Part shown: positions 1 to 12,308 of the stretch, piece after piece
How the letters are laid out: every line of letters starts with the position of its first letter
Numbering within the stretch: position 1 is the stretch's first letter
Source: Octopus vulgaris
Lineage: Eukaryota
Length of the DNA: 64,000 nt
NCBI GenBank assembly: GCA_951406725.2
Contig: OX597842.1
Location: forward strand, 13,764,001-13,828,000
Reading direction: 5' to 3'
The notes under the pieces: generated by a model
Databases searched by the model: none
The model's input: only the letters and a program-made list of their open reading frames with translations
Told to the model about the DNA's origin: nothing
Translations under genes and position numbers: made by a program

Positions 1-520
1 CGTGCTTGTTGTCTGTGTGTGTGTCTGTTGTCTGTTGTCTGTGTATGTGTGTGCTTGTTCTTGTCTACACACACACACTTTATTGCTTCTATTTAACTTC
101 TGACCTTCAAGCCGGCTAGCCATCCACATGCTAGAAATAACAGCCAAATCTCACAAAACTGCGATATCACGAAATTTATGTTCGTCAAATCGCAACGATC
201 TCTTTAAGGTATCCCCCAATCCGTTTATTCATATCTATATATATAAATTATAATTAAACGTATCTGAGAGATACTACCATGCTAGAGATAGCAGTCAAAA
301 CTTACACATCTGTATGCTTACTGAATTTACGTGAAACAAATTCTTTTCACTTTATTGTTTATTTAATTTCGATTTGCATATCTTCGTCAATTCGTTACGA
401 TCTCTTTAAGGTAAACAAAATCAAATTGGAGGGAGAACGGGTGAAATTCGAAAATGTAGATTGTTTTCGCATATTCGTAATCTCTGACATCTAAAACGTA
501 GGAATAAGAAAAATAATTTT

Positions 521-805
521 GGTACTACTGGCGAACAGTGGTACCGGTGCGCGCACTCGCGCAAGCTAGTCGATCCTACGACTTTTTAACCCTAACCTTA
601 GTTTGTTTATAAAAATAATTTATTTACTTAGTTTACAAAATTATTTACTTTTCGTTTTATTTACTTTGTTCAGAAAATATTTAATTTTCTTTGATATATA
701 TTCAGCCTTGAAATACGAACATACGCGCAAGTCGTTGTAGGATCGACTACTTACGACTGGCTAGCGCGGGTGCGCGCACGGGGACCACTGTTCGCTAGTA
801 GTACC
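521..805. mobile_element. Non-autonomous TIR element (Merlin-like MITE)
   Basis: Long TIRs GGTACTACTGGCGAACAGTGG.../...CCACTGTTCGCTAGTAGTACC. 9-bp flanking duplication AATAATTTT/AATGATTTT (1 mismatch). GGNRM ends with an 8-9 bp TSD fit the Merlin superfamily (inference). Confidence 0.75.
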
Positions 806-1009
806 AATGATTTTTTTAAAAATGCATTTATGAAGGTACGATATTAAAAAAAATGTCCAGTGTACACAAAGTAATTTTGGAAATATATTTCGAGGCCCTG
901 GAAAGGGCTAAGCGGTTTCATTACTTTTATTTAGGCCCTCACCACGAATGACTAAGGACTATTATGTTCCAAAATGAAAGATCAGTCCTCCAAAAAATTG
1001 AATTTTTAA

Positions 1010-1358
1010 CCCTTTCATTACCAACCCGGCTCTGGCTCTGAGTACAAATGTCATGTTTTCATAGGTTTTGAATTAAACTCTTCCACCAAACCTTAGTCAC
1101 AATTTATGTTCCTAACACTAGCTTAATGATAACTAAATTATTTAACTAAATCCTTTTTTATATTTAACCCTTTTGATACCACCTCTGGCTCTGAGTACAA
1201 ATGTCTTTGATTTCATAAGTTTTGAATTAAAATCTTCCGCTAAGCCTTAGTCGCAATTTATGTTCCTAACACTAGCTGAATGATAACTAAATTCTTTGTT
1301 ATATTTAAAGTAATTGAAAGAAACAGAGCATCTCAATAGTAATATGGTAATGAAAGGG
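1010..1358. mobile_element. piggyBac-like MITE (internally dimeric)
   Basis: TTAA|CCCTTTCATTACC ... GGTAATGAAAGGG|TTAA: perfect 13-bp TIR with TTAA TSD. A second left end occurs internally at ~1168. Confidence 0.8.
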
Positions 1359-1389
1359 TTAAAATATATAATAGAGAAACAATTCTTAA

Positions 1390-2781
1390 CCCTTTTGATA
1401 CTAACCTGGCTGAAACCAACTCTGGTTCTGTAGTACAAATGTCTTGTTTTCATAAGTTTTGAATTAAAATCTTCCATCAAACCTTAGTCACAATTTATGT
1501 TCCTAACACTAGCTTAATGATAACTAAGTTATTTTACTAAATTCTTTGTTATATTTAACCCTTTTGATACCAACCTGGCTGAAACCGGCTCTGGCTCTTT
1601 AGTACAAATGTTTTGTTTTCATAAGTTTTGAATTAAAATCTTCCACCAAACTTTAGTCACAATCTATGTTCCTAACACTAGCTTAATGATAACTAAGTTA
1701 TTTTACTAAATTCTTTGTTATATTTAACCCTTTTGATACTAACCTGGCTGAAACCGGCTCTGGCTCTTTAGTACAAATGTTTTGTTTTCATAAGTTTTGA
1801 ATTAAAATCTTCCACCAAACCTTAGTCACAATTTATGTTCCTAACACTAGCTTAATGATAACTAAGTTATTTTACTAAATTCTTTGTTATATTTAACCCT
1901 TTTGATACCAACCTGGCTGAAACCGGCTCTGGCTCTTTAGTACAAATGTCTTGGTTACATAAGTTTTGAATTAAAATCTTCCACCAAACCTTAGTCACAA
2001 TTTATGTTCCTAACACTAGCTTAATGATAACTAAGTTATTTTACTAAATTCTTTGTTATATTTAACCCTTTTGATACCAACCTGGCTGAAACCACCTCTG
2101 GCTCTTTAGTACAAATGTCTTGTTTACATAAGTTTTGAATTAAAATCTTCCACCAAACCTTAGTCACAATTTATGTTCCTAACACTAGCTGAATGATAAC
2201 TAAGTTATTTTACTAAATTCTTTGTTATATTTAACCCTTTTGATACCAACCTGGCTGAAACCACCTCTGGCTCTTTAGTACAAATGTCTTGTTTACATAA
2301 GTTTTGAATTAAAATCTTCCACCAAACCTTAGTCACAATTTATGTTCCTAACACTAGCTGAATGATAACTAAGTTATTTTACTAAATTCTTTGTTATATT
2401 TAACCCTTTTGATACCAACCTGGCTGAAACCAGCTCTGGCTCTGTAGTACAAATGTCTTGTTTTCATAAGTTTTGAATTAAAATCTTCCACCAAACCTTA
2501 GTCACAATTTATGTTCCTAACACTAGCTTAATGATAACTAAGTTATTTTACTAAATTCTTTGTTATATTTAACCCTTTTGATACCAACCTGGCTGAAACC
2601 AGCTCTGGCTCTGTAGTACAAATGTTTTGTTTTCATAAGTTTTGAATTAAAATCTTCCACCAAACCTTAGTCACAATTTATGTTCCTAACACTAGCTTAA
2701 TGATAACTAAATCCTTTTTTATATTTAAAGTAATTGAAAGAAACACAGAGCATCTAAAAACAAAATACAGTAAAGAAAGGG
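1390..2781. repeat. 169-bp tandem array (8 units) built from the same piggyBac-like MITE
   Basis: Units start TTAA-CCCTTTTGATAC at 1390, 1559, 1728, 1897, 2066, 2235, 2404 and 2573. A single degenerate right end (AGTAAAGAAAGGG) ends at ~2781. Confidence 0.9.
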
Positions 2782-3096
2782 TAATAAGTGTTCTACAAAT
2801 GAAAACCTTTCAGATCGGATGCGGCAGCGCACACATCACAATTTAGTTTATTTCGTAGATGTCATGTGCCAGTATGAAATGTGGGTGCACCATTCAACGT
2901 TTGTCTCCTTTAAACTTTAAACTAAAAAGAAATGGAATCTCTGACAATTCGTTCCGATTCATTCGCAACTAAAGCTTCGAAATTCACTAAATATCACAAA
3001 ACTGTGATCGTTGTGGTTTATTTGTGCTGCAAAACTGACGGACACATTTTCAAATCTTTCTATGTAGATGTAAGTTTGTGAAATTGCAGAGACCCA

Positions 3097-3483
3097 TCTA
3101 TATATATAAAGCTGGAGTTGTCTATGTATGGCAGGTTTGGTAGCCTTCCACTAACACTATCTCCTCCGAGACCCTGCGATGCAAGTTGATAAAAATTGAG
3201 AGTATGATAGAAGGCTTGCTCTTCATTCTGTAGAAGATAGAAATAAAATCGGACCATGTTAAGACCAAAAGTTATTTACATCAAAAAGGTGCTTTTTTTC
3301 TATGAAAATGCCTATTTTTTACGATTTCTTGACTGCTGTGTCGGCATTTTTCGGTGTATTTCAACCAGAAAAATGTTCACTTAAAGAGAATAACAAGCTA
3401 CATAATGCTAAATTTTTACTTTTCAAAAATTCCAATTGTAAAGGGTCGAAATAAACCCGAGCAATGCCGGGCGATACTACTAG
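3097..3483 (+). mobile_element. Non-autonomous Helitron
   Basis: A|TCTATATATATAAAG 5' end; subterminal hairpin CCCGAGCAATGCCGGG; ends CTAG. Confidence 0.8.
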
Positions 3484-3695
3484 TCTATATATATATATAT
3501 AAAGGTGAAGTTGTCTGTGTATGGCAGGTTTGGTAGCCTTCAACTAACACTATCTTCTCAGAGACCCTTGCGGCGCAAGTTGATCAAAATTGAGAGTATG
3601 ATAGAAGAAGGCTTGCTCTTCCTTCCGTAGAAAGAAAAATTCAAATCAGATCATGTTAACACCAAAAATTATTTACATCAAAAAGGTGCTTATTT
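3484..3695 (+). mobile_element. Second, 3'-truncated copy of the same Helitron, head-to-tail
   Basis: TCTATATA begins immediately after the CTAG of the first copy; sequence parallels 3097-3295. Confidence 0.75.
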
Positions 3696-3696
3696 A

Positions 3697-4016
3697 TCAT
3701 CGTTTAACGTCCGTTTTCCGTGCTAGCACGGGTTGGACAGTCCGACCGGGGTCTGGGAAGCCAGGAGGCTGCACCAGGCTCCAGTCTGATCTGGCAGTGT
3801 TTCTACAGCTGGATGCCTTTCCTAAAGCCAACCACTCCATGAGTGTAGTGGGTGCTTTTTACGTGCCAGGGGAGGCTGGCAGCGGCCACGGTCGGTTGGT
3901 GCATTTTATGTGCCACCGGCACAGGTGCCAAGGGAGGCTGGCAACGGCCACAATCGGTTGGTACTTTTTACGTGCCACCAGCACAGAAGCAAGGCGGCGC
4001 TGGCATCGGCCACGTT
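3697..4016. repeat. Dispersed repeat (probable retroposon 3' part, reverse orientation) with GC-rich internal subrepeats
   Basis: CATCGTTTAACGTCCG...GACCGGGGTCTGGGAAGCCAGG...CTGCACCAGGCTCCAGTCTGATCTGGCAG; a second copy is at 63167-63620. Confidence 0.6.
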
Positions 4017-4236
4017 CCTATATAATATTTGATTGACCAGAATGACTGGTACTAAATGAGCATTGAAGACTGGAGGTGAAGACTGTACACACTTCTGCAT
4101 GTATGTATGTGTTTATGCATATAAGCACCCTGATCTGTTTAAAGGACATTAACACAAAATAAGTGCTAATTCAGGCTGAGGCAAATCAACAAACATGCAA
4201 CATGATACATACGTTGTGTTTGCATGTGTATTCATA

Positions 4237-4654
4237 TACTCTTTTACTTGTTTCAGTCATTTGATTGCGGCCATGCTGGAGCACCGCTTTTTTTTTTTTT
4301 TTAGTCGAGCAAATCGACCCCAGGACTTATTCTTTGTAAGCCTAGTACTTATTCTATCGGTTTCTTTTACCGAACCGTTAAGTTACAGGGACGTAAACAC
4401 ACCAGTATCGGTTGTCAAACGATGTTGGGGAGACAAACACAGATACACACACACACATACTTACATACATATATACGACGGGCTTCTTTCAGTTCCATCT
4501 ACCAAATCCACTCACAAGGCTTTGGTCGGCCTGAGGCTATAGTAGAACACACTTGCCCAAGATGCCACGCAGTGGGACTGAACCCATAACCATGTGGTTG
4601 GTAAACAAGCTACTTACCACACAGCCACTCCTGTGCCTATATACATACATACAT

Positions 4655-4703
<49 letters not shown>

Positions 4704-4872
4704 CATACATACACGACGGGCTTTCAGTTTCCGTCTACCAAATCCACTCACAAGGCTTTGGTCAGTCAAGGCTATAGTAGAAGACACTTGCCCAAGGTGC
4801 CACGCAGTGGGACTGAACCCAGAACCATGTGGTTGGTAAGCAAGCTACTTACCACACAGCCACTCCTGTGCC
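4237..4872 (-). mobile_element. tRNA-derived SINE family A (duplicated head)
   Basis: Head GGCACAGGAGTGGCTGTGTGGTAAG...GGTTCAGTCCC (Pol III A/B-box-like), central TA/CA tract, tail (AGTAAAAG). Many copies in the window. Confidence 0.8.
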
Positions 4873-5097
4873 TATATTAATCTTTCTATTTCCTTTCCCT
4901 CTCTTCTCACCCCGGCATCTTCCTTACTCTTTCCCACTCCTCCGCTTTCTTCCTCTTAACATATTTGACAGTGGCATGATAAAAAGCAGGCAGAAAAGTA
5001 TAAATTAGGAATGGCATCCAGTTGTAGAATCCTTACCAAAGCTGAGAACGGACCTCAATGTGGCTTGCCAGATCCTTGTCAAACTGTCCAACTCATA

Positions 5098-5318
5098 CCT
5101 ATTTCTTTACTACCCACAAGGGGCTAAACACAGAGAGGACAAACGGATTAAGTCGATTATATTGACCCCAGTGCATAACTGGTACTTATTTAATCGACCC
5201 CGAAAGGATGAAAGGCAAAGTCGACCTCGGCGGAATTTGAACTCAGAACGTAACGACAGATGAAATGCAGCTAAGCATTTCGCCCAGCGTGCTAACCACT
5301 CTGCCGGCTCACCGCCTT
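5098..5318 (-). mobile_element. tRNA-derived SINE family B (Meta/MESC-like core)
   Basis: GAGTTCAAATTCCGCCGAGGTCGACTTTGCCTTTCATCCTTTCGGGGTCGAT...AAGTACC core, repeated many times in the window. Confidence 0.75.
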
Positions 5319-5689
5319 CCATAAATTCTGCAATATTTTCAAACTTAACTGCAAGGCAGTAAATTTCAACAGAGCAACGAAAGTATTACAGAAACTTAAT
5401 ACATCAAATATATTTCAACCAAACTCATATTTATTTCTCTTTACCATGGTTACATAATGAAATCCAAATTCCTTATTTACAATTGTAGACGTTAGAGTGT
5501 TTGTGTTTGTCAATGAATGAGGAACAGAGAAAATTATCTTCCATACAATGGCAACAAGATTACCCAGAACACGAGACAAGATTTCCAACAATTTCCCTCA
5601 TTCATAAAACTTTAAATACCTTTTACTCACCTTGTGGTGTCAGATTATTAGTTCTAGGCACCATAAATAATACTCTATCACACAGGTAA

Positions 5690-6195
5690 ATGTTTTGTGA
5701 GCAGATAAGTTACAACCTTGAGAGAATGATTTACCACAGATCTGGCAGCGATCTCTCGCATGAATGCATTTCTATCTCGTTACAGTATTTGTGAGGGTGA
5801 ATGGCTTCGTACCCAGGGTGTCACATCCACAATCTTTTGACTGTGGTTTCAATTCCTGGGCTTGTCATTGGGTTCTTGAGCAAGACACTTCATAGCTGAT
5901 GAGTGACACACTGACACACCTTGCATCTGTCCAAGCAATATTGATTTGATGGAGGAAGTGAGCTGATGTACAGCACAAACATTTGATCACAATAAACAGA
6001 TCATCTGTGCAGTCTGTTCAGCAAGGAACTGCAGAGCCCTTGCCTGTCGTTTACAACAGGGGAACCCACAAGTTATGGTATATTTCTAAGAGAATGATTT
6101 ACCAGATATCACAGAGACATGGTCTTCTCTTCTGTAAGAATTCATCTGTGTTTAGTTAATCACCTTTTCGTATCAATGATTTACCACACTAATCT
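5690..6195 (-). pseudogene. Degenerate C2H2 finger relics downstream of the ZNF stop codon
   Basis: 5697-5726 is identical to 6743-6772 (finger 9). Further GAGAATGATTTACCA...GATATCACAG finger remnants at 6088-6190. A SINE-like insert sits at ~5800-6070. Confidence 0.65.
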
Positions 6196-6259
6196 ACTGT
6201 TGTGTCTTGGGAGAGTCATTTTCATTTTCTGCCTCATAATGTAACACACTCACCGGTAG

Positions 6260-6462
6260 CACACCGGGCAAAATGCTTAACGGTATTTCGTCTGTCGTTA
6301 CGTTCTGAGTTCAAATTCCGCCAAGGTCGACTTTGCCTTTCATCCTTTTGGGGTCGATAAATAAAGTACCAGTTTCGCACTGGGGTCGATATAATCGACT
6401 TAATCCCTTCGTCTGTCCTTGTTTGTCCCCTCTGTGTGTAGCCCCTTGTGGGCAGTAAAGAA
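6260..6462 (+). mobile_element. SINE family B copy
   Basis: Same core and tail as 5098-5318. Confidence 0.75.
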
Positions 6463-6625
6463 ATATATATTTTCCTAAAATTTTCATTGCGTCTTGCAAC
6501 CTTTTCAATAGTCATGAATCATAAGGCACAAAAAGAAAATGACTCTCCCCAGACACAACAGAATATGCTTCAACACACAAACTCATATAAAGAATCTTGC
6601 AAACCAAATCCAAAAACGAGACACA

Positions 6626-7495
6626 CTAATGTAGTTTTTCTCCTGTATGAATACGATTGTGTTTAGTTAAGCTATCAAATCGAGAGAATGATTTACCACA
6701 GACATCACAGTGATGTGGTTTCTCACCTGTATGAGTACGCAGGTGAGCAGATAAGTTACAACCTTGAGAGAACGCCTTACCACAGATATCACAGTGATAT
6801 GGTTTCTCTCCTGTGTGAATACGTTTGTGTTTAATCAAGTCGTTACTCCCAGCAAATGATTTGTCACAGATATCACACCTGTATGGTTTCTCACCTGAAT
6901 GGATACGTTGATGTCTAGTCATGTGATGTTTCTGAGAAAACGACTTGTCACAGATATGACAGCAGTACAGTTTCTCTCCTGTATGACTACGTTCATGAGA
7001 CGTTAAGCTACAACTTTGAGAGAATGATTTACCACAGATGTCACAGTGATATGGCTTTTCTCCAGTATGAGAACGTTTGTGAGAAGCTAAACAATTTGTC
7101 GCAGAAAATGATTTACCACAGATATCACACTGATATGGTTTCTCACCTGTATGAATACGTTTATGCCTAGTTATGCTATGTCTATGAGAGAATGGCTTAC
7201 CACAGATATCACAGCAATGATGTTTCTCTCCTGTATGACTACGCTTGTGAGAAGTTAAGCCACTACTTTGAGAGAATGATTTATCACAGATATCACAGTG
7301 ATATGGTTTCTCTCCTGTATGAGTACGTTTGTGTTTAATCAAGTCTGTTCTTCTAGCAAAAGATTTACCACAGATATCACAATGATATGGTTTCTCTTCT
7401 GTATGACTACGTTTGTGTATAGTTAAGACAGCACTTTGAGAAAACAATCTACCACAGATATCACAGTGATATGATTTCCTTATTTTCCTTGACAT
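6626..7495 (-). CDS. C2H2 zinc-finger protein, 10 tandem fingers (289 aa from the first ATG)
   Basis: Intact ORF with ten CxxC-x12-HxxxH fingers and TGEKP-type linkers. The track start at 7528 is TTG; the first ATG is at 7495 in the context AAAACAATG. Confidence 0.92.
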   Translation of the reverse strand: MSRKIRKSYHCDICGRLFSQSAVLTIHKRSHTEEKPYHCDICGKSFARRTDLIKHKRTHTGEKPYHCDICDKSFSQSSGLTSHKRSHTGEKHHCCDICGKPFSHRHSITRHKRIHTGEKPYQCDICGKSFSATNCLASHKRSHTGEKPYHCDICGKSFSQSCSLTSHERSHTGEKLYCCHICDKSFSQKHHMTRHQRIHSGEKPYRCDICDKSFAGSNDLIKHKRIHTGEKPYHCDICGKAFSQGCNLSAHLRTHTGEKPHHCDVCGKSFSRFDSLTKHNRIHTGEKLH

Positions 7496-7852
7496 TGTTT
7501 TAGCAAAAATCAAATATTGAAATATCAAACACCATTCCTTTTCCTTCTTTCACAAAAATATGGTTCCAACTTTTTTAGTTCATTTCTTACAAACATCTTC
7601 GTCGTCTTCGTTGATGCTTGGGGATTCAGCAAGTTTCTTTTGTAAATCCAACCAACTTTAATTTGTAAGCAAAATCCATTTATAGAAACTCCGGACTGTG
7701 GTAGAGGAATGTTGCTATTAATTTCAGTTAAGAAGCAATATTTCACAGGAATTCCTCATCGATTTATTCCAACATCTTGCTTTGGAATTTAAAAGATGAT
7801 CGATTCTGATGATGATGCAAACAATTCTTTGGTGCCAGTGTCTTCGGATGAT

Positions 7853-7875
7853 CTGAGATAATAGAGAAACAACAG
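7853..7875 (-). promoter_or_regulatory. Probable 3' splice acceptor for the ZNF coding exon
   Basis: The minus strand reads TGTTGTTTCTCTATTATCTCAG|ATC (polypyrimidine tract + CAG); the exon would start at 7852. Confidence 0.55.
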
Positions 7876-8220
7876 CATAAGATGGAGAGGATGACGAAGA
7901 TATCAAGATAGAACAGAAGACATTTTACTACACTTTTATAAAGATTGGTGCAGACATGGCTGTGTGCTTAAGAAATTTCCTTCACACCAAATGGTTTCAG
8001 GTTCAGTCCCACTGTGAGAGACCTTGGGTCTGCCAATTCAGCTCTGGGTTAACCAAAGCCTTTTCAGTGGATTTGGTAGACAGAAAGTGAGAAAAGGCCC
8101 AAGTGTGGGTCTATATTATATTGGAAAAGATTTTTGTAAAAATTATTTATTATTTAAAAAATCTTAAAAAAACAAAACTACACAAAACGTTCAAGTCATT
8201 CAGTGTTTCTAAAATGTTTA

Positions 8221-9463
8221 TTGGGTTGTCCGGAAAGTTCTTGCCGATTTTTAAAGGAAAGAAACAGGTCAATAAATACTTGCCATTACACTTTTAATCA
8301 ACCAAATATGAACCATTTTGTTGCAATATGCATCTCCATCTTTCCTTTAACTTGAAAATACCCTCTTCCCAGAGTTGAGGGGGTTTCATGGCAAAGAATT
8401 CATCAAGGTATCTTTTTACGTCATCCAAGGAATTGAAATTTTTACCATTAAGACTATTCTGCAGAGACCTGAATAAGTGGAAATCCGAAGGAGCAATATC
8501 TGGTGAATATGGAGGGTGGGGTAACACATCCCAGCCGAGCTGCAGCAATTTTTGTCTGGTTCCCAAAGAAACGTGCGGTCTTGCATTATCATGTTGGAAA
8601 ACAACACCCTTCCTGTTGGCCAATTCTGGACGTTTCTCTTGAATTGCTACTTTTAACTCATCTAGTTGTGTGCAGTATTTCTCAGAATTAATTCTCTGGT
8701 TACTTGCTCATAGTACAGAATTCCTTTCCAATCCCACCAGACACAAAGCAAGTCTTTTTTAGGGTGAAGACCCACTTTTGGGGTGGCTCATGTTGCTTAC
8801 TCCAGGATCGCTTTCTCTGAACATTTCGGTAGATAATCCATTTCTCATCACCTGTCACAATTTGCTTTAAAAAAAGGTGCATTTTCATTCCTTTTATAAA
8901 GCGAATCACAGATGGAAATGCGATCCAAAAGGTTCTTCTCACTCAACACATGTGGTACCCAAACAATGTAGCAATTTGTGTATGCAAGCTTTACCAGGTG
9001 CTCATGAACAACAGATTTTGATAGGTTGTGCAATGAAGGTCATTCTCAATTAATGACTTGATTTGGTCATCATCTGTAGTGGATGGTCTGCCTGATCGAT
9101 CTTTATCAATAAGGCTACAATCTCCAGCTCAGAATCTTGCAAACCACTTCCGTATAGTTCTTTCGGATAAAGAAACATCACCGTAAACTGCGCATATTTC
9201 TTTGGTTGCTTGTGAAGCATTTTTCCCTTTATGGAAAAAGAAAAGCATCAAGTGCCGAAAATGAACTTTCTTATCTTCCATTTTAAAGGGTTACAGAATT
9301 AACACAGGTTATAGGAACATAAACCTTCTTCCACGAAAAGATAGCTTAAACTGTGCTCTAAATGGAGGTGTAGTCAAATCCTATTTTATGGACTCAACCA
9401 TGTTCTAAAATAAGTCAAAATGTAAGCTAATATAAATCGGCACAAACTTTCTGGACAACCCAA
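8221..9463 (-). mobile_element. mariner transposon with decayed transposase (8294-9281), mellifera-like
   Basis: TIR TTGGGTTGTCCGGAAAGTT.../...AACTTTCTGGACAACCCAA with TA TSD. Motifs WVPHVL, TGDEKW, HDNARPH, HPPYSPDIAPSD are split across frames. Confidence 0.93.
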
Positions 9464-9599
9464 TAGAATAATTTTAAAGAAAATCTGTCTTCAAATATTG
9501 TGATTGCATCAAGTACAAGTTTTGCAAAATACTTTTAAAGATTTACATTACAAAAAGTCGGGACTCTTCTGGTTACGTAACTAAAGTTTAACCGTGATT

Positions 9600-10530
9600 G
9601 CTCCAGTTTTCTTTGTGTTAAAGAGTAAAGATCGCTGTGCTGCTGGCAGTGTGTACCAAGGAATAACAAAGATCAATGATCTGATTTCTGTGGTCTGAAG
9701 GGATGTCAGGTGATGAAATTCATTTTTACAATATGGGCCCAGCACCCCACCATGTAGAAGTATGTATGAGAAGATCAAGAAGTTTAAAAAGGGCTGGACA
9801 AGCATCATGGAGTGGGAACAAGGGGTCCCTCAACCTCCACCACTAACATAGAGATTCAACAAGTTTGAGAGACTGTTTTTTTTTTTTGTTCCTTCTCGAG
9901 CCATTCCTGGCTCATAAGGGCCGGTTTCCCGGTTTCTTTGGTGTATAAGTTCCCCACCTGGACGGGACACTGGTCCATCACAGGTAAGCTGCAAGATGCA
10001 GGAGGAAGTTCACCATTACCTTCTGCCAGAGCCACGTGGAGCTTAGGTGTTTCGCTCATAAACACACACATCGCCCGGTCTGAGATTTGAACCTGTGATC
10101 CCTCGACTGCGAGTCTGCTGCTCTAACCAATAGGCCATGTGCCTCCACATACTGTTTTGTTTTTGAGAGCGACCATCCATGAAGTGGCATGTTCTTTGCG
10201 AATTAGTCATGGTTCTGCATATGAAATCATCCATGACAAGCTTCACATTCATAAACCCTGTGTGAAACGGGGGCCAAAAGACCTTACCAAATGCAATCAT
10301 GTGGAAATCTGTCAACCCTTACTTGACTGCTACAGCGATGAGGGCAAAGCATTTTTTGGTGAGAGGAGATGAAACCTGGGTCCATTACTTTGAGCCAGAG
10401 TATGGAGGGGAAACACTGGTAATCACCAGTGAAGGAGAAATTCAAGACTGAACCTTCTGCAGAAAATAGTGATGATAGACATTTCTTGGGAAGCAAAAGG
10501 GAACATTACCTGGAAAAGGGGTCTACAGTC
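9600..10530 (+). pseudogene. Highly decayed mariner transposase relic interrupted by a SINE
   Basis: Fragments CTKE*QRSMI*FLWSEG, ISHGSAYEIIHDKL, GDETWVHY; boundaries approximate. Confidence 0.65.
9885..10148 (-). mobile_element. tRNA-derived SINE (family C-like head)
   Basis: Minus strand GGAGGCACATGGCCTATTGGTTAGAGCAGC...GGTTCAAATCTCAGACC; A-rich tail; head resembles 28768 and 41747. Confidence 0.65.
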
Positions 10531-10540
10531 ACCAGTTTAA

Positions 10541-10747
10541 CCCTTTAGTGTTCAGATTACTCTGTTAAATGTAATACTTTTTCACTCAAATTGTTTTGAA
10601 TTAATCAAGCATTATTTTATAGCTTTGGGGTTTCAATGATGTGATTGTTTATTTTTAGACTATCAATGTAGGTTAGGTGTGAGAGGCTGGATCTGGCCAG
10701 TTTGTAGAATATTTGAGCCAGATATGGCCGGTTTAAACACTAAAGGG
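10541..10747. mobile_element. piggyBac-like MITE
   Basis: TTAA|CCCTTTAGTGTT ... AACACTAAAGGG|TTAA. Confidence 0.8.
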
Positions 10748-11011
10748 TTAAGCTAAACTGAAAGCAGTGAAAACTGAGTTTGGAGTTGCTGGGATAGCCT
10801 GCATATAATCCAGATGCCAACCCTTCTCTCAATCACCTGGTGAAAATTCTAATTATAGCAGAATTTGTGAAAAATATTTTCTGGAACTGGAGAGAGGAGT
10901 TTCAGAAAATTCACATGAACCTACTTTGTTTCTTCATATCTTTTAGAAAAATGGGTCTTCATCAGATACTGTTAAGTAAGAGTCTCAATAAAACCTCAAA
11001 TCCACTTATAA

Positions 11012-11425
11012 GGTGCAGGAGTGGCTGTGTGGTAAGTAGCTTGCTTACCAACGACATGGTTCCGGGTTCAGTCCCACTCACCTTGGGCAAGTGTTTTTTG
11101 CTATAGCCTTGGGCCAACCAAAGCCTTGTGAGTGGATTTGGTAGACGGAAACTGAAAGAAGCCCGTTGTATAAATGTATATATATATATAAGTGTGTGTG
11201 TATATGTTTGTGTGTCTGTGTTTGTCACACTAGCATTGCTTGACAACTGATGCTGGTGTGTTTATGTCCCCGTCACTTAGCGGTTCGGCAAAAGAGACCG
11301 ATAGAATAAGTACTGGACTTACAAAAGAATAAGTCCCGGGGTCGATTTGCTCGACTAAAAGACGGTGCTCCAGTATGGCCGCAGTCAACTGACTGAAACA
11401 AGTAAAAGAGAGTAAAGAGTAAGAG
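11012..11425 (+). mobile_element. SINE family A
   Basis: Full head-body-tail match to the other copies. Confidence 0.8.
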
Positions 11426-11567
11426 TATAAGTCTTCAGTCGGTCTGAGGCTATAGAAAAGACACTTGCCTGAGGTACCTCCCAGTAGGACTGAACCCAGA
11501 ATCATGTGGTTCGGAAGAACACACTGCTATGCCTGTGAAACAAAAATAAAGGCCATACACACGTACG

Positions 11568-12012
11568 TTAGTTAGTTAGTTAGTTAATTTTTTGGCTCAA
11601 AAAGCAAAAAGCAAGGCCATGTAGGGGGACATGGAGTTATGTACAGGGGGGGTGTTCATGTAAAGAGTTCAGGCCATTTCTGGTCAAGAGAGACTTTGAA
11701 CCGAGCGGTCGTCGGCATCTTCACCATCTCGTCCGGCAGCTTATTCCACGGATCCGCAACCCGGATGGAGAAAGCCCCCTCTCCTTCAATTGAGATGAAA
11801 TCGTCGCAGATAGAGCTTTTCGGAGTGACCCCGCAGCCGACGCTCTGGAGCAGGAGTGAAGAACAGCTCTTTCGAGAGGTTACACTTTCCGCTTATGATG
11901 TTATGAGCAAGAATGAGCAGTGGCGTTTTTCTAGAGAATAAAGGTCAAGCGTCTTCGGCCTTTCTTCATAAGACAAATTCTTGAGACCAAGAACCATGCG
12001 GGTAGCCAGCTA
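11568..12012 (-). mobile_element. CR1-group LINE 3' end with (TAAC)n tail
   Basis: The minus strand encodes LSYEERPKTLDLYSLEKR and RVADPWNKLP; plus-strand (GTTA)n at 11568-11586. Confidence 0.65.
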
Positions 12013-12308
12013 TGGACTAACAGACATCACAAATTTTTTCACAATATCAAGTTTCATTTTGTAGATATACATATGATGTGTGTGCGTCCCCGCGAACATT
12101 TTTTTCATTATAAATTCTGAGCAAATCGACCCCGGGATTTATTCTTTGTAAGCCCAGTACTTATTCTATCGGTCTCTTTTGCCGAACCGCTAAGTGACGG
12201 GGACGTAAACACACCAGCATCGGTTGTCAAGCAATGCTAGGGGGACAAACACAGACACACAAACATACACACACACACATATATATATACACATTTACAC
12301 AACGGGCT

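Noticed and set aside
1390-2781. CRISPR array or coding repeat
   Set aside because: Units are contiguous near-identical 169-mers with no unique spacers and no ORF.
11012-11075. tRNA genes
   Set aside because: The A/B-box-like heads continue into SINE bodies and do not form full cloverleaves.
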